Shown in pieces: positions 26,689 through 40,292 of a DNA stretch of 64,000 bases. Every line of letters starts with the position of its first letter. Position 1 is the stretch's first letter. Below the pieces are notes generated by a model. That model had not been told where the DNA came from. It saw only the letters and a program-made list of their open reading frames with translations, and searched no databases. The translations under genes and the position numbers were made by a program. The DNA comes from the human T2T-CHM13v2.0 reference genome, Homo sapiens: the NCBI RefSeq assembly GCF_009914755.1, contig NC_060931.1, one strand, 5' to 3'.

Positions 26689-28622
26689 CCTAAAGCAGCA
26701 CGTGAGTTGTGAGTGGTCCCATTCTTCAGCAGGAATTAGATAACAGGTTCCTGAGGATTCTTTGTGGAGCAATTCCAGGAGGAAGTAAGTCAGCAAAGAA
26801 GCATGGGAAAAGCCTGGCTGAATACGAGCCATGGGTCTGGCCCAGCCTGCCATTACTGCCTAACGGGCACACCTGGATGTGATGTTTGCTGCCCAACCTC
26901 TGGCTCCTCCTCTGTAAGATGCTCATTGTTTTCATCCCACTAGTCCTCTTTTTGCTGAGAACAGTGCCCAGAGTGTGCTTTCACAGGGACCCAGGGAAGG
27001 GAGCATGTTGAGCGGGGAGGGAATTAAAGCCAATGAGGACTGCGGATGGGGACAGCCAACACCAATGAGAGAGCTACAGAGCTGGACGATGCAGGACTAG
27101 ATGGAAGCCGAGGAGAGGCTAGAGGGAGGCCCTCTGAGAATGGCGGGGTGAGCATATTTATGCTTAAAGGGGAGGAGGCCGGTGAGAGTTAAGAGGAGGA
27201 GGGTGGTTCAGACAGATGGGCCAGGAAGGACTGGAAAAGCATAGCTCTCAGGACCGCCTGGGTGGGGAAAGGATGTCCTTCATTTCTGGGATTTAGGAGG
27301 GAAGGGAAGAAGAAAGGAGAAAGAAATGTGTGAGTACAAGAGGTGTAGGAATTTGAGGGAATTGGTCACTGACAAACCTCGGTTTTTTTATATGAGCCGA
27401 GAAGCCCAGCCCCCTTCCATGTGTTAAGGGGAGAAGGTGAGTTTTGGGGGCTTGAAGTGCACTTTGGATCCGCCCCTGAGAAAGATGAGAGAGACCAAAG
27501 AACAGGAAGGTTTTATACCAAGGGTCAGAAAGGGGCTCTGGCTGGTTCTGGTCCAGGTCTCCAAAGCTGTTAATCCTTTCCCCGCAGGGGCCCGACTCAG
27601 ACGGCCCCATGCAGTTTATGTCTCAAATGTAGTTTCCTACTACAGAAAAGATGGTAAGGAAACACCAAGTCACTCTGTGTTCTTTCAGCTCTGCAGAACT
27701 GAAATAGAAAGACAGTTCAGTACCAGAGGCACAGTCTGTGGGCTTTGTTTTTGTTTTAGTAATTTTGTTTTTTAAAACCATTGGAATTACTAAATGTTGG
27801 TTGATGTTGGGACTATTTGAACTGAAGGGTTTAGGATGGAAAGATGAGATTTTCCTGCACATATCTGGTTCTACTTTTTAAAAATTTAATCAAATGTAGA
27901 CAGTTATAGTGAAGACAGGTAGAAGGAGCTAGACCCCTCTAAACAGAGACCCTGCCATTTTTGCTCATAGCTCAACATATGTCTTTGCAAACTGAGTGGC
28001 ACTTCCCTGACCCCCAGGTGCACCATAGGAACAATTATCACAGTGAAAATTAGTGGGATTGCATCTAAACCCTGTGAGTGACATGCAATATAGTATAATA
28101 CATGTGTACATGCACACCCTGGGGGTGTAGTCGCCAGACACACAGAGCCACCCACACAGTCACATGTGCATGGCCAGTCCCCCTCCCACAACAGATCTGT
28201 CTCCCAACACCCACACACCACATGGTCCCCCAACGCCGACATAAGTGATGGCATCACACTCACGTGTAGTCACATCCACATCCAATATGTATACATGTGT
28301 TCACTCCCATATATGTGCATAGGTCCCACCCTCTGTAGGGCAAGGACATGCTCACCATCACCATCTCTCAGGCACAAACTCTAAATTCTGCACCCCACTC
28401 CATCTCACACTGTTTCTCTGTTTCTCTCTCCCATTGTCTATTCTTCTAGTATTTTCTTGTGTGTTCTCGGGCACTGCTTCTAGACACACATAGGGGCACT
28501 GCCCATCCTCCCATGTCCACATACATACTTCCACACAAGCCCTCATGGGGAGGTTCTCGCATACTTCATACACATGCCTCAGGCCTGCACACCATTCTCT
28601 CTCAGCCTAGTCCACAGCTATC

Positions 28623-28625
<3 letters not shown>

Positions 28626-28659
<34 letters not shown>
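28626..28659 (+). repeat. (CA)17 microsatellite inside a CA-rich low-complexity tract (~28100-28900)
   Basis: Read directly from the sequence. Confidence 0.95.
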
Positions 28660-28661
<2 letters not shown>

Positions 28662-28958
28662 ACACACTTCCTGACACCACACACCTCCCAACATGCAGCC
28701 CATGCCTATTCCCTGGACACCCCTCATATGTAGACCCACCACTTCACACACACAGAGCCCCCTTTTCCACAAGCCTCCCTAATAAGCCTTGAACATGTCA
28801 CCTCTCACACTCACACTCATCATCTAAAGCACCCGCCCCCTCTTTCTCACATGGACACACCCATTTTCCCCCCACACACACTCCCTCACCCACAAAGTAG
28901 CCCAGTTCTAGGCAGTATATTAAGCTAAGACAAAAATGTGCAATAAAAACATCACATT

Positions 28959-31800
28959 GGACTTTCAGTTCTGGAGAGATGGAGCAGACACACTTTTCCC
29001 TATTCCTAACACTAGAGTATAAAAAACAAATGTCTGGGTATTATGGGCTGAAACATGAGAAAACACTGAAAGGAGGAGAGAAGAGAGAACTACGCAGGAT
29101 CTCCAGGCCTGGGAAATGACATGGTGATGAGGCCCCGGGGTTTTATTTTTTGTCTCCTATGTCTCAGACTTGGAGCTGGAGAAGTCAGGAACTTGGAAAC
29201 TCCAATAGCCACAGGCAACAAGAGTCCCATCAAAAGCTTCCCCTTCTAACAAAAGGACCAGAAAAGGGGCAGCCTAGCAAGAGAGAAAGCTTTTAGACAA
29301 TAACAGCTCTACTCTAGCCGAACACCATGGGAAAACTGGGGCCACCATCTCTACCATAGAAGCAAAGGCCAAGTGGGACTCCACACTTCCACCTGTGACA
29401 GAAAACCTGGACACCCTCAGTAGGGGTGCCAGAGAAGACCAGGGAGGGGGCTGAGACTTGCATCCCTTCCAGCTGGTGGGAGACCCTCCACCTTCACTGT
29501 GCCCTGGGAGGCCACCTGGGGAGCCAGGACTTCCATTCACATCTAGTAGTAACAAGGGGGTGACCCTTGCCCTCTGGGGTGGCCTCAGAGGGGCATAGTG
29601 GAGAATCAAGACCTTTTCCCATGCCCTGTGGCTGCCAGGGCACCCCCTACTTCCTGTGTCAGTGGAGGTCTCATGGGAACAATAGTGAGGCACCCTGTCC
29701 TTCCCGCACAGGGTGGGAGCCACAGAGGCCCAGTGAGAAACCAGAAATTTCACCCCCACCCAGCAGTGAAAAGGTGCCCTCCCCCAGCTGAATGCCCTCA
29801 GAGGCTCAGTGGGGAGCCCAGATTTCTACTCCCACCTGGCAGTAACACAGTGCTGTCCCCAGTTTCCCACCAAAGCACTGTCAGAAGATTCATGAGAGAA
29901 GATTTAAATGAGATCCAGTGTCTCACAATATAATATCCAAATTGTCTGGGTTTCAATGGAAAATAATTCATCCAATTAAGAAACAAGAAAATCACAACTC
30001 AAATGAGAAGAGACAACCAACAGACAACACAGCTGAGATGAGCCATTGTTAGAAGAACCTGAACCTGAAGAGCGTGGAAAGCAGCTATCAGAAAACACCT
30101 GTGAGCTATTACAAACATGCCAAAAACTAATAGAAAGCCTCTGCCAAGAACCAAAAATGTAAAGAAGAACCAAATATGAATTCTGTAGAAGTGAGAAATG
30201 TAACAGCTGAAATAAAATATTCAGAGGTTGGGAATCTATCTTGGTTCATTTCGTGTTGTGATAACAGAATAGCTGAGGCTGAGTAACTCGTAAAAGAGTT
30301 TTATGTGGCTCACAGTTCTGGCGGCAGGCATGTTCAAGATTGAGCAGCTGCATCTGGTGATGGTCTCAGGTTGTTTCAACTCATGGTAGAAAGCAGAGGG
30401 GAGCTAACATATGCGAAGGGATCAAATAGAGAGAGAGGAAGCAAAGGAGAGAAGCCAAGGAAGCCAGACTCTTTTTAACAACCTGTTCTTGGGGGAACTA
30501 ATTCATTGCCAAGGGAGCAAGAACATACTCACACCTGCCCAACGGCAGTAATCTATTCACAAGGAATCCTCCCACATGACCCAAATATCTCCCACCATGC
30601 CCCGCCCTCCAGCATACCTACATTGGCAATTAAACTTCAAAATGATTTTGGGCACAAAGAACCACATTTAAACTATTGCAAGATCAACAGAAAAAGTGGA
30701 GAGGACAGAGGAAAGTATTAGTGAACTTGCAGATAGAACAACAGAAATTACTCAGCCTGGACAACAGAGAGAATATAGGCCAAAGAAAAATAAAAATAAA
30801 CAGAGCCTCAGAGTCACATAAGACTCTCTGTAAAAAGTTTAACATTTGCATCACTGAAGTCTCAAAAAAAGAGGAGAAGAAGAGTGAGATTAACAAGACA
30901 TTTGGCAAACTAATGGCTATGTCCCAAATTTGGAGTGGAGGGATAAAAAAATTCCTAAATTTGGCAAAAGGCATAATCCTATAGATCAAAGAAGATGATT
31001 TTTGAAAGAATGAACCCCAAACAGGATAAACCCAAGATATTGCAGCCAAGACATATTTTAATCAAACACATAAAAACTAAGACAATGAAAAGTCTTTAAA
31101 GTAGTGAAAGGTAGGAGAAAAGCTTTCTTTTAGGGAGAAAACTGTTCAATGACAGTGGTTTTCTCATCAGAAATTAGGGAGGCCAGAAGGAAGTCACAAA
31201 ACTTTTTTAAGTGCTGAAAGCAAAAAATCATCAACCCAAAATCCTATTTTCACAAAAATATCCTTCAGAAATGAAAAGGTAGTTAGATCATTCTCAGATG
31301 AAGAACACTTTTGAACAGACTTATTCTAATAGAATTCTAATAGAATAGCTAAAGAAAGTTCTCTAAACTGAAAATAATTTTTTTAAAAGAAGCACCAGGA
31401 TAAAAGAACACAAAAGGAGCAAAAAATGAGTAAATATAATACATTTTTGTTTTCTCCTTTACATTTCTAATTCATGTTTAATGTTTGAAACAACAGAAAT
31501 TCTAATTCTACCTCATATCTTTAATGTTTTTAAAGGACATACCTAAATAATTTTATTATTAAGGAGAGAGGATAAAACGAGGTAAAGTTTCTGTACTTTA
31601 CTATTAATAGAACTGTTCAAATGATGACCCAGTAGACTATGATGTTACATATATATAATATTTTTAGCAACCACTAAAAACGCTAAAGTGATACGTTAAA
31701 AACTTTATAGATACATCAAAACAGAATTCTAAGTAATAGTCAAGTAACACACATGAAGGCAGGTAAAAGAAAACAAAGAAATGAAACACAGAGAGAACAA
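28959..31800 (+). mobile_element. Old L1 5'UTR and ORF1 (L1MDa-like 5' end), split by an MST LTR
   Basis: GGACTTTCAGTTCTGGAGAGATGGAG start; GC-rich repeated 5'UTR; ORF1-like TTCTCATCAGAAATTAGGGAGGCCAGAAGG..AAATATCCTTCAGAAATGAA. Confidence 0.7.
30235..30680 (-). mobile_element. MSTB1/B2-like MaLR LTR
   Basis: GGCTCACAGTTCTGG..GCATCTGGTGATGG..CCCACATGACCCAAATATCTCCCACCA..AAACTATTGCA. Confidence 0.8.
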
Positions 31801-32209
31801 AAAATTTACAAGCCTTGGAAAAGAGGAAAAAAGCCAGTGTTTCTTATAGTAAAGTATAATTAAAAAGAGGATATCCAGGATACTGGATATAAAAACAATA
31901 TGAAGAAAAATCTATTTCTAACTACCATCAAAACATTTAAGATGAGATTTAAATAAAGACATCATTTACAGAAGCATTAAAATATCAAATATCTATGAAA
32001 AAATCTAATGAGAGATGTAAAATATTTATCAGGGAAACACTAAAGATAATTTATTGAGAAAAATTAAAAGACCAACATAAATAAAGGCCTATAGCAGAGT
32101 CATGGTTTAAAAGACTTAATATTGAGAAGATGTCAATGGACCTCAAATTGATCTGTAAATTTAATACATTCACAATTCAAATCCCAATAGGTTGTATTTG
32201 TTACAGCAT

Positions 32210-33690
32210 TTATAACACCATTATAGTACCACACAGAATGGTTTCACCGCCCAAAAAATCCTCAATGTTCTGCCTATCCGTCTCTCTTTCCCCCTCTAAT
32301 CCCATGGCAACCACTGATCTGTTTACTGTCTCTATAGTTTTGCCTTTTCCAGAATGTCAGTAGTTAGAATCATATAGCATGTAACCTTCTCAGATTGGCT
32401 TCCTTTACTTAGTGATATGCATTTAACGTCCCTCCTTGTCATCTTGTTGTTTAATGACTCATTTAGTTTTAGAACTGAATAATATTCCATTGTCTGGATA
32501 TACCACAGTTTATCCATTCACCTACTGAATGACGACTTATTTGCTTCCAAATTTTGACAATTATGAATAAAGCTGCCATAAACACCTGTGCGAGGGATTT
32601 TCTGTGGTCATAGTTGTCAACTCTTTGGGGCAAATATCAAGGAGCACAATTGCTGGATCATATGTTAAGAATATGCTTAGTTTTATAAGAAACTGCCTAA
32701 TTGTCTCCCAAAGTGGCTGTGCCATTCTGTACTCCCACAAGCAATGATTACTGAGAGACCTTGTTCTTCCACAACTTCATCAGCATTTAATATTCTTAAT
32801 TATTTGGATTTTTGCCATTCTAATATATGTGTAGTGGTTTCTCATAATAGTTTTGATTTTCAATTGCCTAACATGTGATGTTGAGTATCTTTTGATATGC
32901 TTCATTGCCATTTGTATATTCTCTCTCCTGAAGTGTTGGTTCATGTATTTTCCCCACTTTTTGTTGGGACGTTTGTTTTCTTACTGTTAAGTTTTAGGAA
33001 CCCTTCATATATTTTGGATACGAGCTCTTTTTATCAGATATGTATTTGGCAAATATTTTCTCCAGTCTGTGGCTTATCTTCATTGTTTTCCAGTCTTCTG
33101 TCATATGTATCTTTTGCAAATACCTTCTCACAGTCTGTGGCTGATCTTTTTGTTCATTTGGCGATGTCTTTCTCAGAGTGCGAATTGTGCATCCTAATGA
33201 ACTACAGCGTATTGAATTCCTTCTTCCATGGATCATGCCTATGGTGTTGTATCTAGGGAGTCATTGTCACACCCAAGGTCATCTACATTTTTTCTATATT
33301 ATATACTAGAAGTGTTGTAATTTTGATTTTTGCACTTAGGTCTATTAAGTATTTGGAATAAATTTTGGAAAGGGTGTAAGGTCTGTGTCTAGATTTATTA
33401 TTTTGCACATGGATGTCCAGCTGTTCCAACATCATTTATTGAAAAGACTATCTTTGCACCCTTGAGTTGCCTTCACTTCTTTATCAAAGATCAATTGAAT
33501 TTTTGTTTGGGTCCATTTTGGGGCTCTCTTTTCTGATTTGTTGATCTATTTGTCTATTCTTTCACCAATATCACACTGTCTAGGTTACTGTAACTTCTTA
33601 AAGTCTTAAATCAGGCAGTATTAGCCCTCTGGACATCCTTCTCTTTCAGTATCATGTTGGCTGTTCATGGTTTAGATTCACAATTTAACT
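32210..33690 (-). mobile_element. L1MC1/2-like 3' portion
   Basis: CCCATGGCAACCACTGATCTGTTTACTGTCTCTATAGTTTTGCCTTTTCCAGAATGTC; ORF 32332-32517 resembles the L1 ORF2 C-terminus (KLWYIQTMEYYS). Confidence 0.8.
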
Positions 33691-36065
33691 TTAGGACATT
33701 TGTTTTACAGATAGAAGAAGAAACTGGGACTCGGAGAAATTATATACTTTGCTCAGAGTCATCCATCTGGTAAGGGACAGACCTGTACTTCTTTCCTCCT
33801 CAGACTTAAGTTGGACTTATTTTGAATCAAAGCAAGTCCTGTGAGAATGGAAGTATTCAACTCATCCCATCTAGTAAATGCCTATTCTCTTTCTACTTTC
33901 TCAACTCATCCATTTTGCCTTCTCATTAATTGCACAGTCGTAGAGAAAAATGCCTTCTAGACCTTAATTGAAGAAATACAGAATGCTATAAAACTTCAAC
34001 AAGTTTGAAATTTCTACATTTCAAAACTCTCAACTAAAATGTGCTGTTATTTCTACATATTTCTGGCCTCTTCTAGCCAAGAGGAACGTCTAGAAATGAG
34101 AGAACAGACCACCCTAAATATAAAAATTCTATTTTTAAAAAGTCCTAAAAACTGAGAAACAGCATGTACCAAAATAAAGGAAACATAAATTAGAGAAGTG
34201 AACAATGAATTTCATTGTGTTTGCAAGTAACTCTTAATTCTGCACATTTTTATCATAAAATCATAGCCACTTCAGACAAACCAACCAATAAGCTAAGTCC
34301 ATCTCAAGGCACAGACAGAGACATACAAACATTTCCCAAATTTATAAATCAATAGAACACTCAATTAATAACAACAATCCATACTTCTTTGCTGCTGACA
34401 AGAAACCAGAACAATTTGTGAATTGAAAAATGTTCTCATCATGATCGCCAACGTTTATGAAGTTTATGTCATTTGTCCTTGTGGATGACCATGAGAAAGC
34501 AAGATGAATTAGGCATGACCATTGCCCTCAAGATATTTACCTCCAGGAGCAACACAGGCACACACAAATCACAGTAAATATGTCACAAGCCACCATGGAA
34601 GGATGAGCCAAGAGCTGATGGAACACAGTGTGAGAATACCTGTCAGAGAAGGCTTTATTGAAAGGTTGATGTCACCAAGCATTGCTTTCTGCAATACTGC
34701 TCAGCTGTAAATGTCGAGGACTTCAATCCACCATCATAGTTTGGTTGACAGTGCAGGCAAAAGAAAGGTACTTATTAAGAATCTCATTGCTGCAAGACGC
34801 TGGGATTTTGAACTAGTCTGTGGCTTTAATTCCATAGAGGATGTGGAATAATCTGGTCATAGCCCTGAACCCAACCCCAACCCCATTCCTGCACAAGCCC
34901 CTCTCTGTCCCTGTTCCCCTTGGCCTGAAGCACTAAACCCAAGCCTCATCCTGGTGGACCAGGACAGACCAGTTAGCCTCTGCCTTTCAATAACCCATCC
35001 ACCTGCACCCAAATCCCCCAGCCATCAGCTCTGATCGTACTCCAAACTATTGCCCACAACATTGAGCCTGACTCACTCTGGGAGCCTTCCCATATGACTC
35101 TGGGTGTTGAACATGCACCTTAAACCATGGGTGATTCTCAGGCTGTCAGTTCACTGCTGGCTTGATCTAGGCTGCTGTTTTATCAAACACTGCTGCCCAT
35201 AATTCCTCTACTTTTCCTTTTTCCAGCTGCCTCAATTCTGCATGCCTCCACACTCCCATCTAAGCATTATTACTGCCATTCCCAGCCTGGACTCCCAGAC
35301 TGTCTGGCTGGCTGTTAGACCACTGACATCAAGGTGAAGGTCAGAGGTTATAGATTATTATTCAGCCTTGCTAATTTGGCCCTTGGTAGAGCTTAGGGTA
35401 ATTTGTCTTCCCATCTATAAGGAAGTCAGGGTGAACAGAATTTCCTCTTTGCCTCTCCCAAACACTAATTTTATTCCCGCTTTCATTCATTCGCAAGTAA
35501 TTGTGGATGAGACTTCCTTGCCCTGCTCTGGGCTGAGTACTGAGTATACAGTGGGGAACATTGTTGCCCTCTTTGGAGCTGCCTCCAGACTTCCACGACC
35601 CTGCCCCACACATGGACCACATTCCTAGGCTTTTGCAGATTTGGGCTGAAAGAGGAAGAGCCAGAACTCAGAGGCTCTGTGGATGCTGGACTTGGACTGA
35701 GGATTGTCCGTTTGGGGAATTCAGCTTAACTATTAGTTAGGTCTTTTCAGCTGTCCCTCAGGAAACCTGTAAGCACAGTGACCACATCTGCCTGTGTTGG
35801 TTATGCCTAGTGGTGTTTGCTCTGCATTTTGAAGGATCAGTGAAAGATCACAGAAATAAGAGGAAAACTTATTCCAGGAAGAGGAAACATCAAAGTCAAA
35901 AGCAAGATGGTACTCCATAAATACAAATGGTGGATTTGTTTGTCAATCCTAATGTTGAGAATGAGAGATAATACAGTATCTTCAGCACTATAGTTAAAAC
36001 AAGTCACTGTGCTGATTGCATTGTAGAAGAAAGGATAAGGCCTAATGTCTTTCTCCAATGTGGGT

Positions 36066-36547
36066 ATATTTGTTTTCTATTGCTGACTTAATAAGCTCCA
36101 CAAAGTTAGTGGCTTAAAACAACACAAATTGATTGACAGTGCTGTAGGTTAGCAATCTAACATGGGTCTCACTGGCCTAAATTAAGCTGTCAGTAGGACG
36201 GTGCTTTCTTCTGAAAGCACTAGAGGAGAATTTATATCCTTGCATTTCGAGCTTCTGAAGACCACCCACATTTCTTTGTTCATGGCCTCTTCCTCCTCGT
36301 TTGGGAAAAGACTCCTTCCTTCATATCCTATCTCCCTGACCACAGCTGGGAAATTTTCTCTGCTCTTCAGGATTAACGTGATTATATTAGGTCCAGTTGT
36401 ATAATCAAGAATCATCTCCGCATTTCAAGATCCTTAATCTTTGTTACATCTGCAAAGTCTCTTTTTACATTTAAGTTAACTCTTACTGGCTCCAAGGTCC
36501 AGGGCACGGACATTTTGGAGATGAAGGAGATTGTTCTGCTGACCACA
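36066..36547 (-). mobile_element. MLT1D-like MaLR LTR
   Basis: CACAAAGTTAGTGGCTTAAAACAACACAAATT...TTACATCTGCAAAGTCTCTTTT...CTGACCACA. Confidence 0.8.
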
Positions 36548-38691
36548 GTGGTGTTAAGAGCCAGGTCCAGGCCCAAATTTGTATATTTTTCTATAATAAT
36601 TTTTGTTATAATATTAAAGTAAAGCGTACCCTGGAGTTAACTGATTAGATCTAAATAGTTTTATAAAATAGTTTTTCTTAGTTGCAAATTACTAGTTAGT
36701 ACTCTTACTAGTGAGGATGAAGTCTTTGCTCATCTCTAACTTCACTAACTGCCTCACCATTCACCTTCATGTGAATAAAGCTGATAGGAGGTTTAAAAGT
36801 TTTAACCTTCCATGAAAATCTGTTGGGATCACTGTACTGTCTGCTCTTGTGCTTCCAAGAAACATCCAGCCATGGTTTGAATGATCACTTTCTAGTCATA
36901 ATTCATGGCAACGAAAGTGGGGTCTAATACAAATAAGCCTGAATTATGCAAATGAATAAAGGAGATGCTCCACAGAGCAGAGAAATAGAAACTTCAGAAA
37001 AACTAAAGGAGCTACTATTTGACATGGTGGCAGCTGCCCTAGTCCTTCCATTTGCAGATGTGTGTGACCTTGAGGACAGACAGCAACATTCCTCAGTTAC
37101 AGATCATGCTGCTGTGCCTCGGGCACAGGAAAAAATGATGTGTCTAAGTCCTTGGTCTAAGTCATATTGATCAACCTCCATTCTGCCCTGTATTGTAACA
37201 GCTACAGCTGTTTCATCAGGAGTGGGCCAGGCGTCGTGTGGGTTTGTCTGTGCATATCTCACGTCAATGTCTCACTAAGGAGAAGCTGTGCAAATGGCAC
37301 TTATGCTGGCCCAGTAGGTATGTGGCTTAAACACAGGTTTGGCTACAAAGCCAATTCTGTGCTCCTAACCAATTAGTTTCACTTCTCTGAGCATTATTTT
37401 CTCCTTTGCAATATGTAATCATGATATCTACATCATCGTTTAGTAGCTAGAATTAAGCAGGTTAATGCGAATACACACCTGCCATTCAATAGTGGATACT
37501 TAATAAATAATGAATCAGATCATCTATTTTTTAAAATGTCTACATGTTAGATACAATCTTAAGCCTTTCAAATAAAATGCAGTAGAAAAACACTAAGATA
37601 GTAATTATGTAATGTCACATAATATAATTATGCATAATTGTTAATGTTTATTTTATGTCAGAACTGGCTGGCATCTCATACTAGTATCTCCTTTTTTTAC
37701 AAGACAGCTTTGAAATATTGCTGCTCAAATAAATTAACATTTTCATTTCAGTGGGCAAATCAGTTAGGGCCTGCAAGTTATTCCAATGCACAGGTTGTTC
37801 CACATAACCTGATAATAGAAAGAAATAAAATGAACTTTTATGTCTCCGCCAGAAATTTTGAAGAGCTAGTCATTTTTTTATTTTACTTGTTTTAAAAGAT
37901 ATATTATCTGACTCAAACCAGGCACTGTATTTTATGACTGAATTAGCAGATTAAAGAGGAGAATGTACAGAACATGAAAAGTTTGAGGATTCAGAAAAGA
38001 GTTGGAGTATATGAAGATAATAATATGGCACAAGATTTTTTACATTTGTAGACGTTTTATTCAAGAATAAAATATATATAAAAAGTACAGAATTGATTTG
38101 TGTGGAGCTCAATAATTTTTATATAAAGTAAATGCTCCCATTGATCTGCACTTTTGAGACCAACCATATGTGCCATCCCAGCCACTAATTCCTCCCACAG
38201 GCAAAAACTAATGCAACTACATCCCTGGAGATGAGATTTCCCTCACTGGGACTTTATACAAATGGGGTTACATACAGTGTGTGGTCTTTTGTGTCCGACT
38301 TGTCTTACTCTATTTTGCATTTGTGTGATTCATTCTTGTTAAATGGTACATATAATAGTAATTCTTTCTTTTTCATTTATGTATAGTCTTTATAGAATAA
38401 ATATTCCACAGTTCATATATCCAATCTAAAGGGGCATTTGGTTTGTTTCCAATCTGCAGCTATTGCAAGTAATGATGCTATGAATATTCTTGTATGTATC
38501 TCTTGTTCATATTTGTGTGAAGCATTTTTGATAGTTTTTATCTACAGGATTCCTGGGTAAAGGGAAAGTGGATGTTCTGCATTAATAAATACCACTAAAG
38601 TGTTTTCCAAATTGGCTACTCCACTTTTCACTCTCATGCATAGTTTTTGGAAGTTTCTGTTGTTTCATAAATTTGTCAACATTCGATATGT

Positions 38692-40292
38692 CCTGCACAT
38701 GGATTTTTATAGCAGCTTTATTCATAATTGCCAAAACTTGGAAATGTCAAACAAGATGTCCTTCAGTAGGTGAGTGGATAAATAAACTGTGGTAAATCCA
38801 GATGATTAAATGTTACACACCACTACAAAGAAATGAGCCATGAAGCCATTGAAAGACATGGAGGACTCGAAAACATAAAGTAGGGAAAGGACACCCTTTT
38901 CAACAAATGGTGCTGGGATAATTGGCTAGCCACATGTAGGAGAAAGAAACTGGATCCTCATCTCTCACCTTATACAAAAATCGACTCAAGATGGATTAAG
39001 GACTTAAACCTAAGACCTGAAACTATAAAAATTCTAGAAGATAACATTGGAAAACCCCTTCTAGATATTGGCTCAGGCAAGGATTTCATGATCAAAAACC
39101 CAAAAGCAAATGCAATAAAACACAAAGATAAATAGCGGGGACCTAATTAAACTAAAAAGCTTTTGCACAGCAAAAGGAATAGTCAGCAGAGTAAACAGAC
39201 AACCCACAGAGTGGGAGAAAATCTTCACAGTCTATATATCTGACAAAGGACTGATATCCAGAATCTGCAACAAACTTAAACAAATCCTTAAGAAAAAAAC
39301 AAACAATCCCGTCAAAAAGTGGGCTAAAGACAGGAACAGATAATTCTCATAAGAAGATATACAAATGGCCAACAGACATATGAAAAAATGGTCGACATCA
39401 CTAATGATCAGGGAAATGCAAATCAAAACCACAATGCGATACCCCGTACTCCTGCAAGAATGGCCATAATCAAAAAATCAAAAAACAGTAGATGCTGGCA
39501 TGGATCTAGTAATCAGGCAACACTTCTACACTGCTGGTAGGAATGTAAACTAGTACAGCCACTATGGAAAACAGTGTGGAGATTCCTTAAAGAACCAAAA
39601 GTAGAACTACCATTTGATCCAGCAATCCCACTATTGGGTATCTACCCAGAGGAAAAGAAGTCATTATTTGAAAAAGATACTTGAACACAAATGTTTACAG
39701 CAGCACAATTCACAATTGCAAAATCATGAAGCCAACCCAAATGCCCACCAATCAACGAGTGAATAAAGAAACTGATGTTTCTTTATACTCCTCAGCCATA
39801 AAAAGGAATGAATTAACAGCATTTGCAATCATCTGGATGAGATCGGAGACTATTACTCTAAGAGAAGTAACTCAGGAATGGAAAACCAAACATCATACAT
39901 TCTTACCGATATGTGGGAGCTAATCTATGAGGATGCAAAGGCATAAGAATGATACAATGGACTTTGGGGACTTGGGGGGAAGAATGGGAGGGGGACGAGG
40001 GATAAAAGACAACACAGATGGTGCAGTGTATGCTGCTCGAGTGATGAGCATACCAGGATCTCACAAATCACCACTAAAGAACTTATGTAACCAAATGCCA
40101 CTTGTACCCCAATAACTTCTGGAAAAATAAAATAATAATAAAAAATAAAAGACATGGAGGAAACTTAAATGCATATTACTGAGTGAAAGAAGTCAACGTG
40201 AAGAGGCTACATACTATGTGATTCTAACTATATGACATTTTGGAAAAGGCAAAACTAAGGAGACAGTAAAAAGGTCAGTGGTTGCCAAGGGT
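38692..40292 (+). mobile_element. L1MC1-like fragment, pieces 38692-38865 and 40148-40292
   Basis: GCAGCTTTATTCATAATTGCCAAAACTTGG...AAAGACATGGAGGAAACTTAAATGCATATTACT..GGAAAAGGCAAAACT. Confidence 0.75.
38866..40147 (+). mobile_element. L1PB1-like, 5'-truncated, 1.28 kb
   Basis: ORF2 tail and L1PB 3'UTR; perfect 14-bp TSD AAAGACATGGAGGA (38852-38865, 40148-40161). Confidence 0.92.

Noticed and set aside
25500-27650. GC-richer region as a CpG-island gene promoter
   Set aside because: CpGs remain sparse. The composition is explained by pyrimidine tracts, MIR, MER20 and probable L2 remnants.
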